Origin: Antedon mediterranea
Lineage: Eukaryota; Animalia; Echinodermata
DNA: 64,000 nucleotides
Assembly: GCF_964355755.1 (NCBI RefSeq)
Contig: NC_092680.1
Location: 19,911,045 to 19,975,044 of the forward strand
Direction: 5' to 3'
Made by a program: the position numbers and the translations under genes. How positions within the stretch are numbered: position 1 is the stretch's first letter; each line of letters starts with the position of its first letter. The notes under the pieces are model-generated. The model was not told where the DNA came from and did not search any database. It saw only the letters and a program-made list of their open reading frames with translations. Positions 39,187 through 52,755 of this stretch are shown piece after piece.

Positions 39187-41303
39187 ATATGAATACACAT
39201 GCGTACAAGCTGGCGCGTTCGATTCGCGCGAACAAATTCGCCCAGTGGAAAATCGGCTTAACTAATCACGAATGTTAGATGTGTGCGAACAGATACTTTG
39301 CATAGTATGTATATTGTATGTACATTTATTGAGACATACTCAGACAGGCAATTAGAATTTGAGAAACATCTGCCCGAACAAATCTCCTTCTAGCTTTTGT
39401 AAAACTAAAACAAACTTTGGATAATTAGAAAGTTATCAGTGATGAAGGAATTTCGAGATGTGGACTATCATATTGCCATTCTTTGCATCAGTGTTATCAG
39501 TTCATAGAATAAATTAAGGAAAACATTTTAGTTTTAGTTTTAGGCCTAACCAAGAAATAATTTACACCTGGTTCTGTACATGTATAGCTGCGAATGCTTT
39601 AAGCACTAGAACGCAATTCAAGAACGTAGACGCAACGAAAACGTGTAAACCAATGACAAACGACAGTTCTAATAATCAATCGCTTGTGATTGGTCAAATC
39701 ACCTATTAAAGAAAATCTTACATACTGTCTACTACTACGTCTCAGGTTGAGATTTTTAAACTTTATATTGAGTGAAATACCAAAAATAATAATGGCTATG
39801 AACGTTAAGTATCCACTTCTTCTTACATTCATGTATTTTGTTATTAAGAAACGAGAAAAAGAAAACTATTTCGTCAAGTCAATTGATCTATGTTAACTGT
39901 GACATCATTAATGGCAGTATATAGTACTTAATACTAGTTAGACCAAATCTAACATTCTTAAACGCCTCTAGAATATTCATGTCTCGTCTAAAACTACTTA
40001 TTCTTTATAACTCTAAAATCAAGAGGATTTTTTTTCCTGGCAGTATTGAGATGACAATATTACAAAATCTATGCTGCAGAATGTTTTCAAATAAGTACAT
40101 TCATTTTATATATTTTTTTATTTATAAAAATGTATAACGTATATTCTCACAGTTTATTTTGATATATATAATTAAAAATGAAAAGGAACCTGCATGGTAA
40201 AATTAAAAATATTATTATTATGATAATTATACATTTACAGAAACGTGTAATCACCGATTTATCACGGAATTTTAATTTGTAGCAATCATAATGGGATTTC
40301 AATAGTCAAGTCCATTAAACTAAATGCTAATCATTTGAATAAAAATCTCAACCAACAACATACAAAAAAGGAGAGATTATTACATTCTTGTGTTTTAGTT
40401 GGGAGAAACTGACATGAAGAGATATTGGGCATTTGAAATTGTAAAAGAAAATGATGAAAACTGCAAAGACGCGGTTTCTGACCGGAGATAATTATTGATA
40501 ACGCGGTCAAGGAATAATACAGTACAAGTTCAGTGTTAATACAAAAACATTGCCAAAATGAATCGATGTGACTGATGACGTCAACATAAAACATAACATT
40601 TACCGATATCATGTTGTTCAGAAAAATAAAAGTCAGTCTGTAACCAACAACATACAAAAAACCCACGATATACCGTTGTATCAATAGTTACTGTATGCGT
40701 ACGTGTTTAATTTTCAATATAAGATTTCAACATTTATCGTGACGTCAGAGAATCCGGAATTGTCGTACATGGTGCTATTCTTATCTAATTACCAGTTTGT
40801 GGATTGTGGATTTTGAAAATTAAAAAAACAAAACAAATTGAAGTATAGTATGGAAACCATTAAAAAGCACTGTATTCTATTTGATAGACGATATGATAAA
40901 TGATGCTATTTCCAAGGGAGGTACCGACAATTAATTTAAAATATCGAATGTTAAATTGACTACGAGCGACAGGTATTACGTCATTGCCATGGCGAACACG
41001 AGCGGCGAAATGTCAACTATTCTCTTTGTAAATTTAAATGATTATGATTTAGTTTCTAGTGGGATTTGTAGACTCGATGTCGAATTCTGAATAGTTAGTA
41101 TTTTTCTTTCGGTTTATTCCAGGTTATGTACACTGGAAATAAAGAAAATACAATTTTAAGACACTTCATGTTAAAATACAAGTGATTTCAACATAGACTT
41201 TATGGTTCTACGTGCATTTTATGATGCAATTATTAACGCCCGATTCTAAATATATATTGCTATATATACATATGAAGTAGTTACGGCAAACCACTGTTTA
41301 TTA

Positions 41304-41543
41304 AAGAGTGTCACTCTTCCCTGATTGAACTAAAGTGAGTTGGGTAGTATTAGATTGAGTATTGGTCAGTTTATTGAACCAGGGAAGAAGAGTGTGACTC
41401 TTCCCTGATTGAACTAAAGTGAGTTGGGTAGTATTAGATTGAGTATTGGTCAGTTTATTGAACGAGGGAAGAAGAGTGTCACTCTTCCCTGATTGAACTA
41501 AAGTGAGTTGGGTATAGAATGCCTATTATATTGAGTATTGGTT
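41304..41543. repeat. 84-bp tandem repeat, ~2.8 units
   Basis: AAGAGTGTCACTCTTCCCTGATTGAACTAAAGTGAGTTGGG.. at 41304, 41388 and 41472. Confidence 0.92.
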
Positions 41544-41654
41544 GACAAAGTATACCCTACGTCATAAAGCCTAAGAAAAATATAATAAATCAAGGTCAAT
41601 TTTAAGTACGGTTTGTAGTTCTAGGTAGCATGCACATTCGTATCAAAGCCTTAA

Positions 41655-42251
41655 AGCTCAGGTACAGGCATGAATTTTAAATATAATATTTGGTTAATTG
41701 TACATATATCAAATATTTGTAACAGAAATCGAGACGAAAAAACATGAATTTCCCTTAATATGGTCAAATACAAAATTTGGCAAAATTCTTCCATAAAAAC
41801 CAGGAAGACTTTTTTTCAGTAGTTAGGTAGTTAACCTAATTTAATAACATGTCTGGTGACTCCATAGACGGTGAAAAAAGATGGTGGATATACGGTGGAT
41901 AATTTTTTCTATAGCATGACAATAAAAATCTGAAGTTGAATAAAAATATCAGAAATGTAATATTCAAGTTACATTACCTATATTTAGTCATCTGATAACA
42001 TTTTTTACCACACCGTTTATTTTTCATAGCTTTTTAAATTGCCTCTCTATTTACAAAATTTGTGTACAAAAGAATAGAGATTTTACTGTGTAATACAAAA
42101 GAATAGAGATTTTACTGTGTAATTGTGCTTATTTTCAACAAGCTCGTGTAACACAAATAAAATCCCAAAAATTATGAAACATAAGGGAAACTATAGATCG
42201 ATAATTATTGGAATGTATGATCAACAGAAATTTTTTGCCCGCACCTGGCCT
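41655..42251. mobile_element. Second copy of the ~570-600-bp Kolobok-like element (Kv2 intron)
   Basis: TTAA-AGCTCAGGTACAGGC..GCCCGCACCTGGCCT-TTAA; reverse complement of 26398-26969. Confidence 0.75.
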
Positions 42252-42254
42252 TTA

Positions 42255-42381
42255 AGCTCTGTCAACACTATCAAACTCTATGTGACAAACAAATGTGATG
42301 TGCTCAATGGACATGATGATGTCGTATCCCACCATATTTTGGCACATCACACTTTCAAACTCAGACAGCGTAGACAGAGCT
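42255..42381. mobile_element. MITE family A copy at the end of a Kolobok-like element
   Basis: TTA TSD at 42252-42254 and 42382-42384; TIR AGCTCTGTC/GACAGAGCT. Confidence 0.8.
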
Positions 42382-42819
42382 TTAGACCTAGTATTTGAGC
42401 ATGTACACTTACAATACAAATACAAAACAAAACAATATTTACATAATATTTAGAAAAGACGTTAGAAAATATATGAATGTTTGGATTAATTTAAAAGCAT
42501 AATCGATTTATTAAAACGTATTCATTTGTGATATTAAAAGATATAATATCTGACAAGAGCTTGATTGAACTATCGATACAGACGATACTAATCGAATTTA
42601 ATATGGTCATTAATTTCCCTAGGCGCAATATGCGTGATCGTTGAAGGTATCAATTAGAATAGGCTCGCGCAGCTAATCAAGCAAAGAACGTGACTTATCA
42701 CAAACTAATATTCTACTATATTTTTACATGGTAGGCCTATAACGGTGATTGTTTTGTCTACATGTACAAATTACAAATCACAAATTATAACTCTTGCCTC
42801 TTATACAAAAATGAAGTTC

Positions 42820-43051
42820 TCGGGAAAATGCATTTTCAGTTCACTTGTTACTTTAAGACTGCTCGCTGGCTATTGGAAAATTCTGTCCTATCTTTTAACA
42901 CTAGCAGGTTTGAAAAGTATACTCAAAAAGTGGTCCACAATTGGGACCATGGTCCCAAATGATCCCAAAATTTATTGGTAAAGATTTGGTAAAGATTTGG
43001 TAAAGATCTTGTAATTACATTTTGAGTAATCCTGCTCCTTGGCGGAGGTAA
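42820..43051 (+). mobile_element. Helentron-like fragment
   Basis: Terminal CTCCTTGGCGGAGGTAA hairpin, internal 18-bp palindrome TTGGGACCATGGTCCCAA (42941-42958) and (TTGGTAAAGAT)x3. Confidence 0.45.
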
Positions 43052-45837
43052 ATTATGGAACTGTGTTATAATGCGCATGCGTTAAATGCATCAGCAAATT
43101 CAATGGACCTACTGTAATGAGGGTAGGTAAAGGCTATACCTACTATAAGGAAGCTATTCTTGCAAAAGATATAATTACAGGCTTACTATAATAAAAGTAG
43201 CCTCTCAAATACTACCTATATTGGTAGTCTTCTAAAAACTAGGCCGAGTGTAATAAAAGCAGCTTTTACAAAGATACACTAGTGTAGCCTAATAAAGCCC
43301 TGTAACAAAGGTATTTCTTCTAAAAGCTAGGCCTAATATAATTACCCATCTGAGAAATATTAGGAATATAAAAATCGGTTGTCTAATATTCAAAATAAAT
43401 GTTCTTTCAAAAAAAAATTCAATACCGGTATATTTAATATTTTTGGTATTGTGGTTGTCTACACATTTTTAGAATGTTTAGATCTATATTACATAGATAC
43501 ATTATAGTGATATCTCTATGATTAAGAGTAACTGTACTTATATCTTTATTTCTTTTTTTCATGTTATCGTTCAGTCGTCCATGATTGACAAACGTGGAGA
43601 AAGTAATCTCATGATAAACTTAGAAAGTGAAATCAAATGAAAACATGTAACTGGCGATGTGTATGCCCGGCACGTATCTATTAAGTGCGTTTAGAGTATT
43701 AAATATGTTTGCTGGCTGTGAAAGCATTCAACTAATTCACTGGATAGGCCTTTATACTGTGACAACTTTATCGCATGAGATTCCAAGATAACTTCTAGAA
43801 TTTCTTTATGTTTATTGAAATATATAAACAAGTGTGACCTATATTATCCTGTTTTTTTTAAAATGACTATTTTTAGTAAGTAATTTAGGTAATATCATTG
43901 TTGGTATTTATATAGCGAATGACGTAATTGGTCGATAATATTTAAATACAATAATATCATTGATATTAAACTTTGGGGAAAGATGAAAGGCTGGTAATTA
44001 CAATCTATTTGATGGATATTTTTGTCAATATTTATAAATCATGTTTTTAGTACTACTAATAGGTCATGTGAATAAGTTTTTTCAGTTATTTTATTTTCGT
44101 TATTTCAGAAGAAGAAGTACAAGAAGTATGAACCGCTTGATGTTAGTTTAACAGATTGGGGTTGTCATAAACTATATAGAGGGCCTACTATTTAAAGAAA
44201 AATAAAAAAACTCTACCAGAAATATTGTTCAAAGTGACCTATTACTGTTAATATTATTATGATAGATAATTATATACATTAATATAGGCATAAACTTCCG
44301 ACGGAACAGCCTTAGCCACTTTGACAGTACAGGTTTGATGAAATACCGGCATCGGCTTGCAAAATGTATTTCTGCAACAATAACAATCGGCGGAAGACCG
44401 AAATATAATTAAAAACAATAAATAAAGGACAAAACAGAAACATCACATCACCTATATCCCGCAGTGGTCAAAACAGAACAAACTGGTAAACGAAAAATAG
44501 AGGAAAGCGTAATTTCACAAGATGGAACATGTTGAAGAAGAATTTCATTGGCTATTTTTATAATTGTAAATAATCTAATGATGGGACTTTTGTTGTATAA
44601 CCGTATATTGGAAAAAGTAATTGGGTTCACCAGACAGGATCATCTTCGTATGTAGTGAAACGGATAGTAATTAAAATCGGACAACCCTACCAAAGTAAAC
44701 AAACTTGCTGACAAGACAAATATGTGGTGTGTAACCATCATGGAAGAACATCTGTGAAACGCTGTGTATGAAATGAACAGGAATTCAGATGATAACACCT
44801 CTATGATAATTATGTGTGGAACTTTACTTGAAAGGCAGGAAGCGAAATCTAGGCCTATTGAACAGTGCTTGAAGTTGAATTATTAGAATAAAACGAATAA
44901 TTGAAAAAAAAAAGTAAGGTAACAGTGGCTGGATCTCTAAAAGATACAAATTGAAAAAGAGATTAAATTCGAAACAAAAATGAATGCAATTTTAAACACT
45001 TCCTTCGTCCGGACCAATAATGTTTTTCGTCCGTGCCAATAAAAGTTGGAATGCATACATAATGTATGCGTCATATTTATTTGAGGTAGAAAGTCTAACG
45101 TCATTCTTTCCTGTTTTGAAGTGAATGATTAAAGAACACAAAGAAACATACAATAAAAACTTGGTCTACTACGGTATTACATATAATAGTGTTGACAATG
45201 AAAAGGAAAACCTTTTAAGTTAGAACAAACTTCTAAACAACACTACTAATACATTCACATTATACTAACATTATTTAAACAGAAAAATTGATATTGTTTT
45301 CAAGATTTTACTAACAGCTTAAAAATGGCACCACTAATTAGATAAAAAATGCATGTAGAGCTAATGAAAGTTTGAATTAAAAATGGTAAAGTATACATGC
45401 TGGATAACAAACATAAATACAACTTAAACAAGTTGAAAATTAATAAAAAGAATACGTTAAAATGAATTAAAAGAATCTACGCCAACATAGGCTTACAATT
45501 AAATTGAATTCTTGGATATTACATTCTTTTAAAGCTAAACAATTAACAATGTGTAGACAATTTGTCTAGAGAATGGAATGTTAGTACTATAAACATCATT
45601 TGAGTTAAAATTAAAGTGACCGAAAACAATGTAAGAAACATACGACAAGTTATAATAATGTGAATCAATGTATTCATTTAACTTACGTGATTCATGTCTG
45701 CAATTTTAATGAAGAATTTATGATCAGAAATGTAAAAGCTTGAAATAAATCATTTACTTTATAAATCGACATGTTCAACACGAGTATAGATAATAATTTG
45801 CTGAGTTGTATATGTATAAGTTTCTACATTAACTTAA

Positions 45838-46175
45838 AGATGTATTGTCCCTCAAAATCATGAAAATGAAGATTAATAAAATCAGACTTTGAATAGTCCA
45901 TTTAGCAGCTTTAATAAAGTTAATCACTTTCGTAGAAAAAATTCAAAATAAAAGAAGGTTTTCACCTATAAAAAGACAAAACGGTTAAATTTAACAAAAA
46001 AACAATTGGCTAGCAGCCAATTTGACTATTTTTTTCTTGCAATTTAGCCTTTTAAGGTAATTTTTTTTTTCGATCCAATTTTTTGGTAAAAGTAAATAAC
46101 TATTATGTAACATAAAATTGCATATTCAACAACAAACATTTACAAAATAATTTTTTTCAGGGGGACAATACATCT
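45838..46175. mobile_element. TTAA-flanked non-autonomous element (Kolobok-like), 14-bp TIR
   Basis: TTAA-AGATGTATTGTCCC..GGGACAATACATCT-TTAA; a degraded inverted relative lies at ~4190-4405. Confidence 0.75.
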
Positions 46176-49100
46176 TTAATAATTGGAATGGTATTAATAT
46201 ATGGCGGTAGAACATGATCATGAGGAGGATGGTGATGATGGTGATGATGAAGACGAGTAAATGATAATTATCATCCCAATAATTATAGCCTATATTTATA
46301 GGAGATGATCATTAAAGTAATTAACTCCAAGAATAGGTTTATCCTCTAGAATTCAACTTAGATTAAATTTTATACATATTGATACATCATTCTTAAATAG
46401 AGCCATACGGTAAATCCAATAAGCTATCATGAAAAGAAATTTACCTCAAAGTAACAAGCCAAATACTATTAGGAATCTATTTTGTTCAAAAACATTTTAT
46501 TAAATTAATAAATGTGTATCTTTTATTTTCTTTATGAATAGAGACGTTATTATTTGAAACCATTATGAATAATAATCAAGGTTACAAAACAATGCAATGA
46601 AAGCCAACTTTCTGAGTTGTAACAACCGAGTTGTATAAGATATTTCCATGACGAGGTAATAGACTAAGCAGCATCTCAAGTCTAACGGCATTTTGCGCAT
46701 GCTCAGAAGTACAACATTTACATAACCTGACTTTAGCAGCTTAATTGCTACGGGCGCACACAAATTATGGATATGCGCAATTTGTTTGTTGGTTGGACTC
46801 AATAGTGATTTACCGAGTTGTACTTAATATAGTCTAAAAGGCAATGATCAAGAAAAACACGTTGTTTGTGTGGTATGAGATATAGAATAACAATGTTGTA
46901 AATGCTTGGCGCATTTTTGTTAATATTACCTAATGTGCAGATGACATTAAATATACCTTAATCCACTTTAAACTAAAATTATAAATAAATAATCTCAAGA
47001 TCCTATCTCGCAGAGTTTAATACAAATAAAAATTACGTGTTTGAAGAGCTAACATTTTTTAATAATGTACCATGTATAATAATAATAAGACTGCTTTTGT
47101 GACCGATTAATGTTAATTTGAAAGATTGAGTTCATTAACACAATTCGATGATAAGAAATGTTGAGTAATACTATTAAACATTGCTATAGAGAGTTACTAT
47201 AGTAACACAGCCAACCTAATAATCCGTATTGTTAATTTTGAAAACATTATCGAGGTTGGCAGATGAAGAATGTTTGCGCATGCGTGATATACTTTGAAAC
47301 GTAAAGTGAAACATCTTGATCAAAGAGAGCAATTCTTATGAGTGATAGTAATTAGATTCACAATTTCTAGTCTTTAGAAAGCGCTAAAATAGCATAGATA
47401 AGCCTAAGAAACGTTAATCAACTCATAAATATAAACATTCAATTGAGAAACAGGAACACTGCTAACGGTTTTTGAAATGTTTTGTATGTGTGTATTGAAA
47501 CATGGAGTTAGTTTGGATACTCCAAAAAACACATTTAGTATAATATTATGCCTAGTAATTGCCAAACTGTCTGTGATATCTCTGAAAGTAAACATGGTGT
47601 CAAGATATTTTTGTTCAGCATTTTAAATCTTGTATTATGTAGGTTCAGTATTTGTGAACATCTGAAATTCCAACTAATGCCTAATTTCGCCTCATATTTA
47701 AATAAAACAAAAATGCATAGTCCAAATAATGCTAATTGTTAATGTTACGTAAATACCAATGCCATAGTAGGCCTGATCCAAGTGTTCTGATAAGACATTA
47801 ATAAGAACGAAAGTATAAGTAAATAAGTGACATAAACTACCACTTAAATACCATTATCTCTCCTTTATTACACTCATAAAACTACACAATCACAAGTTAC
47901 ATAGTTGTAGGTAGGTAAAGTCGTGACACAGGCAACAAATCCAGAGGATTTACGGTGTGTACCAATAATACTAAAATCCAGAAAACTTAATCAATAACAA
48001 TAATCTATATAAATTAATAGGAAATTTGATATTTATATTCTAAATTTAATAATTGTACAGGTATGCGGTTATAATAAAGAAATTAAACTATGTGGTTGAA
48101 ACAAGGCAATTTAACAACAGGATGCTGAGCTCCGCAGATCAAAGAGTTTATCTGTGGCTGCGACACTATCAGTTCCACGCCCATTCAGACCCCGCGGAGA
48201 ATATGTGTACACAGTACAGTACTGTTTGAATTTGTCGCAACCAGAAATAGGATCAAATGACTGTTAAGAGTTTTTGCCAAGGCGAGCTCAGTGTCTTGTT
48301 GTTAGATTGCCTTGGTTGAAGGTACAGCAGACCTATGCCCAAGTTTAATGATGCAGTTTCTCAGTACTATATTCTAAATGTGTATATTTGATAAATCTCA
48401 TGTGTTTCACATGTGACGACTGTATCTTGCCCTTACCTAACATTTCATAATAATAATATATGCACCACACATGTAATACACATGCGATACAGTATTACTG
48501 AATTTGCCGTGATACTGTATTACTGTATTGGAGAAACAGATGTAGTACGTTGACACACAGAACCTGGGCATGATCCGTTCTATGTTTTTCTTTCTGTACA
48601 TCCACTTAAATTCAGTGGTACGTGGTTATTAGTATGAACATCTTCGAATGTTAAATGGATTAATACGGTAATTCTCATCTTCATTATTAGAAAGTAAAAT
48701 GAAAACAACAATATATGACGTACGTCATTCTTGCAGCTGATTCTATAAAAAGGATAGACTGTTTGCAAAGCAAGGTTAATATATTTGAAAATGCTAACAT
48801 CGTGTATTTTCATTCATAACACAGACACACGCTAAATATACGTACCACTGTCACGAAAATACACACGTTATGTGATTATATACCATACTGCGCATGCGTG
48901 ACTATTAAAATGTCAAATATACAATTTATGTTTATTGTTACTATTAGAAACAAGCGCCAAATATCTATTCAACATTTAATAAGTAATGCGACCGACATCG
49001 TTTGCAGTGGCTATTGTGTCTACGAGTATAATATGCTTTATTATTAATATTTCACGTTTTTGACAACTAAAAATAGATCTATTTTCGGCTCATTTAAACG

Positions 49101-49548
49101 GTCTCTATCAGTAACGTACGTCAGTGCCTAATAAATTAATAAAAGTAATAACTTTATTTATCCATGATTTTTTAGATATTTATACAGTATAACACTAACA
49201 CACTTTTAGTTAGAAGTGAATATATTATAATAACGGCTTTTAAAGCTCTCAGCATATACCGGTACATTATATTAAATTATTTGAACATCTTGTCTATAAA
49301 TCTATCAATGGTTATCAAAAAAATAAGTATAAAACCCAGTAGAATGATAATCGATATTTTTAGCAGATCTCCAATTCAAGAGTTATTAGAAAATTACTAA
49401 TCACGAATCCCTAATTATTATTAAGTCAGTATTATGTACCGTTTGACCGCACACAAGAGCCGCTAATGACACTCAGTAGACTACACCGACATGCTTTGCT
49501 TACAAACGACTAATACTTTCGATAATGATGCTATAGTTACATTGCACC

Positions 49549-49746
49549 CGATTCCTAGTACTGTATCTCCACATACTATATATCTCCGAAGTATCCAAGG
49601 AATTGATAATACAGCATCTCTTTTATTTCACATGTGATGCCTGCTGTATCATGTCAGGTTAAGTTAATGGTTAGGTTAGTATAGATATGTGAAACACATG
49701 TGATGTTGTACTGCCAATTTGAAAATAGATACAGTACCGAGAATCG
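49549..49746. mobile_element. MITE family with GATTC..GTACTGTATCT TIRs
   Basis: Inverted ends CGATTCCTAGTACTGTATCT / AGATACAGTACCGAGAATCG; related pieces at ~10667-10800, ~11880 and ~48358-48500. Confidence 0.55.
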
Positions 49747-50580
49747 CATGTAGAGTGCGTATACTTTCAGTTAGCAGTATTTTTAAAGCTATTCTTGATG
49801 CGTATAATATTGATTAAACATTAATTAAATGGTAGCTTTGGGTTTATCATTTCTGTTCTTCGTTATAACATATAAACGTTTGGAATAGCATTGATAATAA
49901 CCCACTTACTTTCCGAGAGCGGCAAAGCGGTCATCAAAAACTGTATGCCAGTTTGATTATAAAAACAGACAATTTTTGAAACGTTGACGTTTCCTTAGGC
50001 CATATACGTAAATACGAAAATTGTAATAGAAGACTAAGACTGGCTTTCAAATGCATCTAAATGGTGCATCGAGGTATGCCGGTAACTTATTATATTTCAT
50101 GGAATACAAATGACAGTCTTAAAGCAAACATACACTTTACTGTCATAGATTGTATGACTAAGATGATGTCTAATCAGGCAAATGACCGAACATACATGCC
50201 TTCAATTTGTGAAAAACCGCGAGTAAAACAACCGACAACATACACCACAAGAAGAATATCAATTTAAATCAAGTGTATTATTCATAATGAAATGCTAACT
50301 CTTAAAGTCATTGAATATCAGTTGACACCCACGCAGATGAACTCGAATATTAGCAAGTAATGGACAGAACCGACATCAGGGATAACACAAGTCGACACGC
50401 ATATCTAGAATTGAATTGTATTTTGGTAATTTTTTTGGCCATATTTCTGTGTTTTAAAAAGGAGCAAACAATACATGAGAAAGAATATAGAATTGTAAAA
50501 ACGGTGACGAAATATGTGCCTCTACTAAGAAAATGTTTTCATATACTCTGTACATTGAATAATAGACCTACATTTTATTA

Positions 50581-50718
50581 ACCCCTGTCTACATTATCAA
50601 ACTAGTGTGATGTGCCCAACAAAACGGTGGTGCTATGCCCAAATACGGTGATGATATGACATCATTCCATGTAATAGGATAATCAAATTTTTTTTACATA
50701 ACGTTTGATAGTGTACAC
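50581..50718. mobile_element. MITE family A, degenerate copy
   Basis: CTGTCTACATTATCAAACTAG..GTTTGATAGTGTACAC. Confidence 0.65.
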
Positions 50719-51709
50719 TTGAGATTATACGGAATCATTTTAGCCTTAACCTAATAAATATTTAATTCTATCTTCTAAGAAACATGTTTATTTTCTAATA
50801 TATTAAACTTTATAAGTACTGTACATGGTTAAACTGAAATCATTAAACCAACAATACTATTAGGTTTAGTAAGGATGACAGCCAGATTACCGATTTTTAT
50901 ATTTTCTCATCTAATGTCGATTTGATATTGTTGATCTTGTCTGACAAATTACTTTATTAGGTTTTGACTGAAAGCAGTGCTTTTAAAATCGGACAGAATC
51001 CGCTTCGATGACCACACGGTAACACTAACACTCATCAGGCGAACTAATCAGCATTAATTATCCATCGTTATAGCCTGAATATTATGAATTTTGAGTTGTT
51101 TACTTATACATATTGTATTACAAATTTTAAAATCGACACGCATCGGTAAATAGATACTATGAAGTTTATTATTCATATTCTTTTCATACAAAGATAGATC
51201 TTATACTTCATGATAACATAAAGTACAACGCTATTCCAAGTCCGATATCTAACCGGTTTAGGTATACGTTCTATATAAATATGCATTATAGAATAGAACT
51301 CATATAGTGTCGATATTTATGGAGGTTCAATCTCATTTGATAGCTCACTTTATTACGAGTCCCGTAGTCTTTAGATAAATATTCGATAATTGCACAGCAA
51401 ACATAAATCGTCTAATGTAATTAGACCCACAGTATACTTGGGTGAAAGGAAATTCAGATGTTTTTTTTAATATCAGGATTTCTAATAATTGAACTGAATA
51501 CGTAAATGTAGCGTGTACATTGTAATCACACACGTCACACAGTGTACATTTGTTTATTTCTACTCGTTAAGCTTGTATAACAAAATTGCTAGTTTATATA
51601 CGATGTGAGAAACATCCATAATAACTAGAAAAGACACTACCGTAACATTGATGTACAGTCTAGTATAATATCCTGGCCTATCCAGTGGCGGGTCCAGGGA
51701 GAAATGATG

Positions 51710-51807
51710 TGGAAGGGATCGGTGGGAGGCATCGGTGGGAGGCATCGGTGGGAGGGATCGGTGGGAGGGATCGGTAGGGAGGGATCGGTAGGGAGGGATC
51801 GGTAGGG
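51710..51807 (+). repeat. G-rich 13-14-bp minisatellite (GGGAGG[G/C]ATCGGT[A]) x7
   Basis: Directly visible tandem units. Confidence 0.9.
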
Positions 51808-52637
51808 CTTAAAAATGGTGACATTAACCGTTGAACTTAATCTAATGTGCTATCGTTGAATTTGTTATTTGTGAAATCGAAGGGCGGACCGCAAGTTTCT
51901 TAGTTATTTTACAGCGGGAATAACTCTCAATAAAGTGACATGACATATATACATTTTTCATTTTGCATCTTCGTATAACCCAACCAAAAAGAAAGAATTG
52001 ATGAGCCTGTACATTTTGTACATTAAGGAGTGTCATCTCTGAAAATGTTGGTTGATGGGCTAATTTTTAGTTGGGTTAACCATTTATACTGTATCATCAA
52101 TCTATACTCAATTGATTTTACTTTTAAAACGTACGTGTTTTAAGCTAAAAACAAATCAAAGAAACAGATGTTTAAATATTGAATAATCAATAATGTCCTG
52201 TAATTGCTATTACATGTAATTCGTTCAAATTAACTTGTAAGTAAATGAATAGTAAATGTATGCTGATATACCTATATCAACGTGCTATAAATAATTCAAA
52301 CTATAAGAAATGTTAACGATCGAACTAATCATAATGTTCCCCATAAATAATCAAGAAGCCAACATTTCTTCTGGAAATGTTGACATTTCTTATCAAGTTA
52401 AAGGTGAAGATTTGTATGTGGAAATTTGATTTATTTCTCAACACGATTGATGCCTAAATCGGCAATTTATGAAGATTCTTTTTCATAGCGTGCCGTGAGT
52501 AAAATACGAGTTTCCAAGACACACGTGAACCTAATAACACAGGTTCTATAATTAATGAATACATGCCCGGCCGGCATTGATACCTTGAATTGATATCGTT
52601 TTTGATAGTAATATTAACATATTTCATATTTACAGTT

Positions 52638-52755
52638 ACAAGAACTGAGAAATAGCGGAGAGATGCTGGATAGACAAAGGTGGAGAAAGAGGCTAGCACC
52701 ACTGACAAGCGAAAGCCTACCTGGGAGCTGAAGGAAGGAAATTGCAGTTTACACT
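52638..52755 (+). mobile_element. Very short RTE-like LINE 3' end
   Basis: Encodes EMLDRQRWRKRLAP..stop; flanked by TATTTAC(A/T)GTT direct repeats at 52627-52637 and 52756-52766. Confidence 0.4.

Larger units (their letters stand above)
38752..39258. mobile_element. PIF/Harbinger-type MITE with 65-bp TIRs enclosing the 5S/tRNA SINE
   Basis: TIRs AGCCGATTTTCCACT(A/G)GGCGAATTTGTTCGCGCGAATCGAA.. at 38752-38816 and 39194-39258; TAA at 38749-38751 and 39259-39261. Confidence 0.85.

Noticed and set aside
39027-39278. ORFs overlapping the 5S-derived sequence
   Set aside because: Spurious translations of RNA-derived and TIR sequence.
50985-51050. Minus-strand CTGATGAG...GAAG possible hammerhead
   Set aside because: Stem II is poor, and GAAA and the stem III/NUH cleavage triplet are missing.
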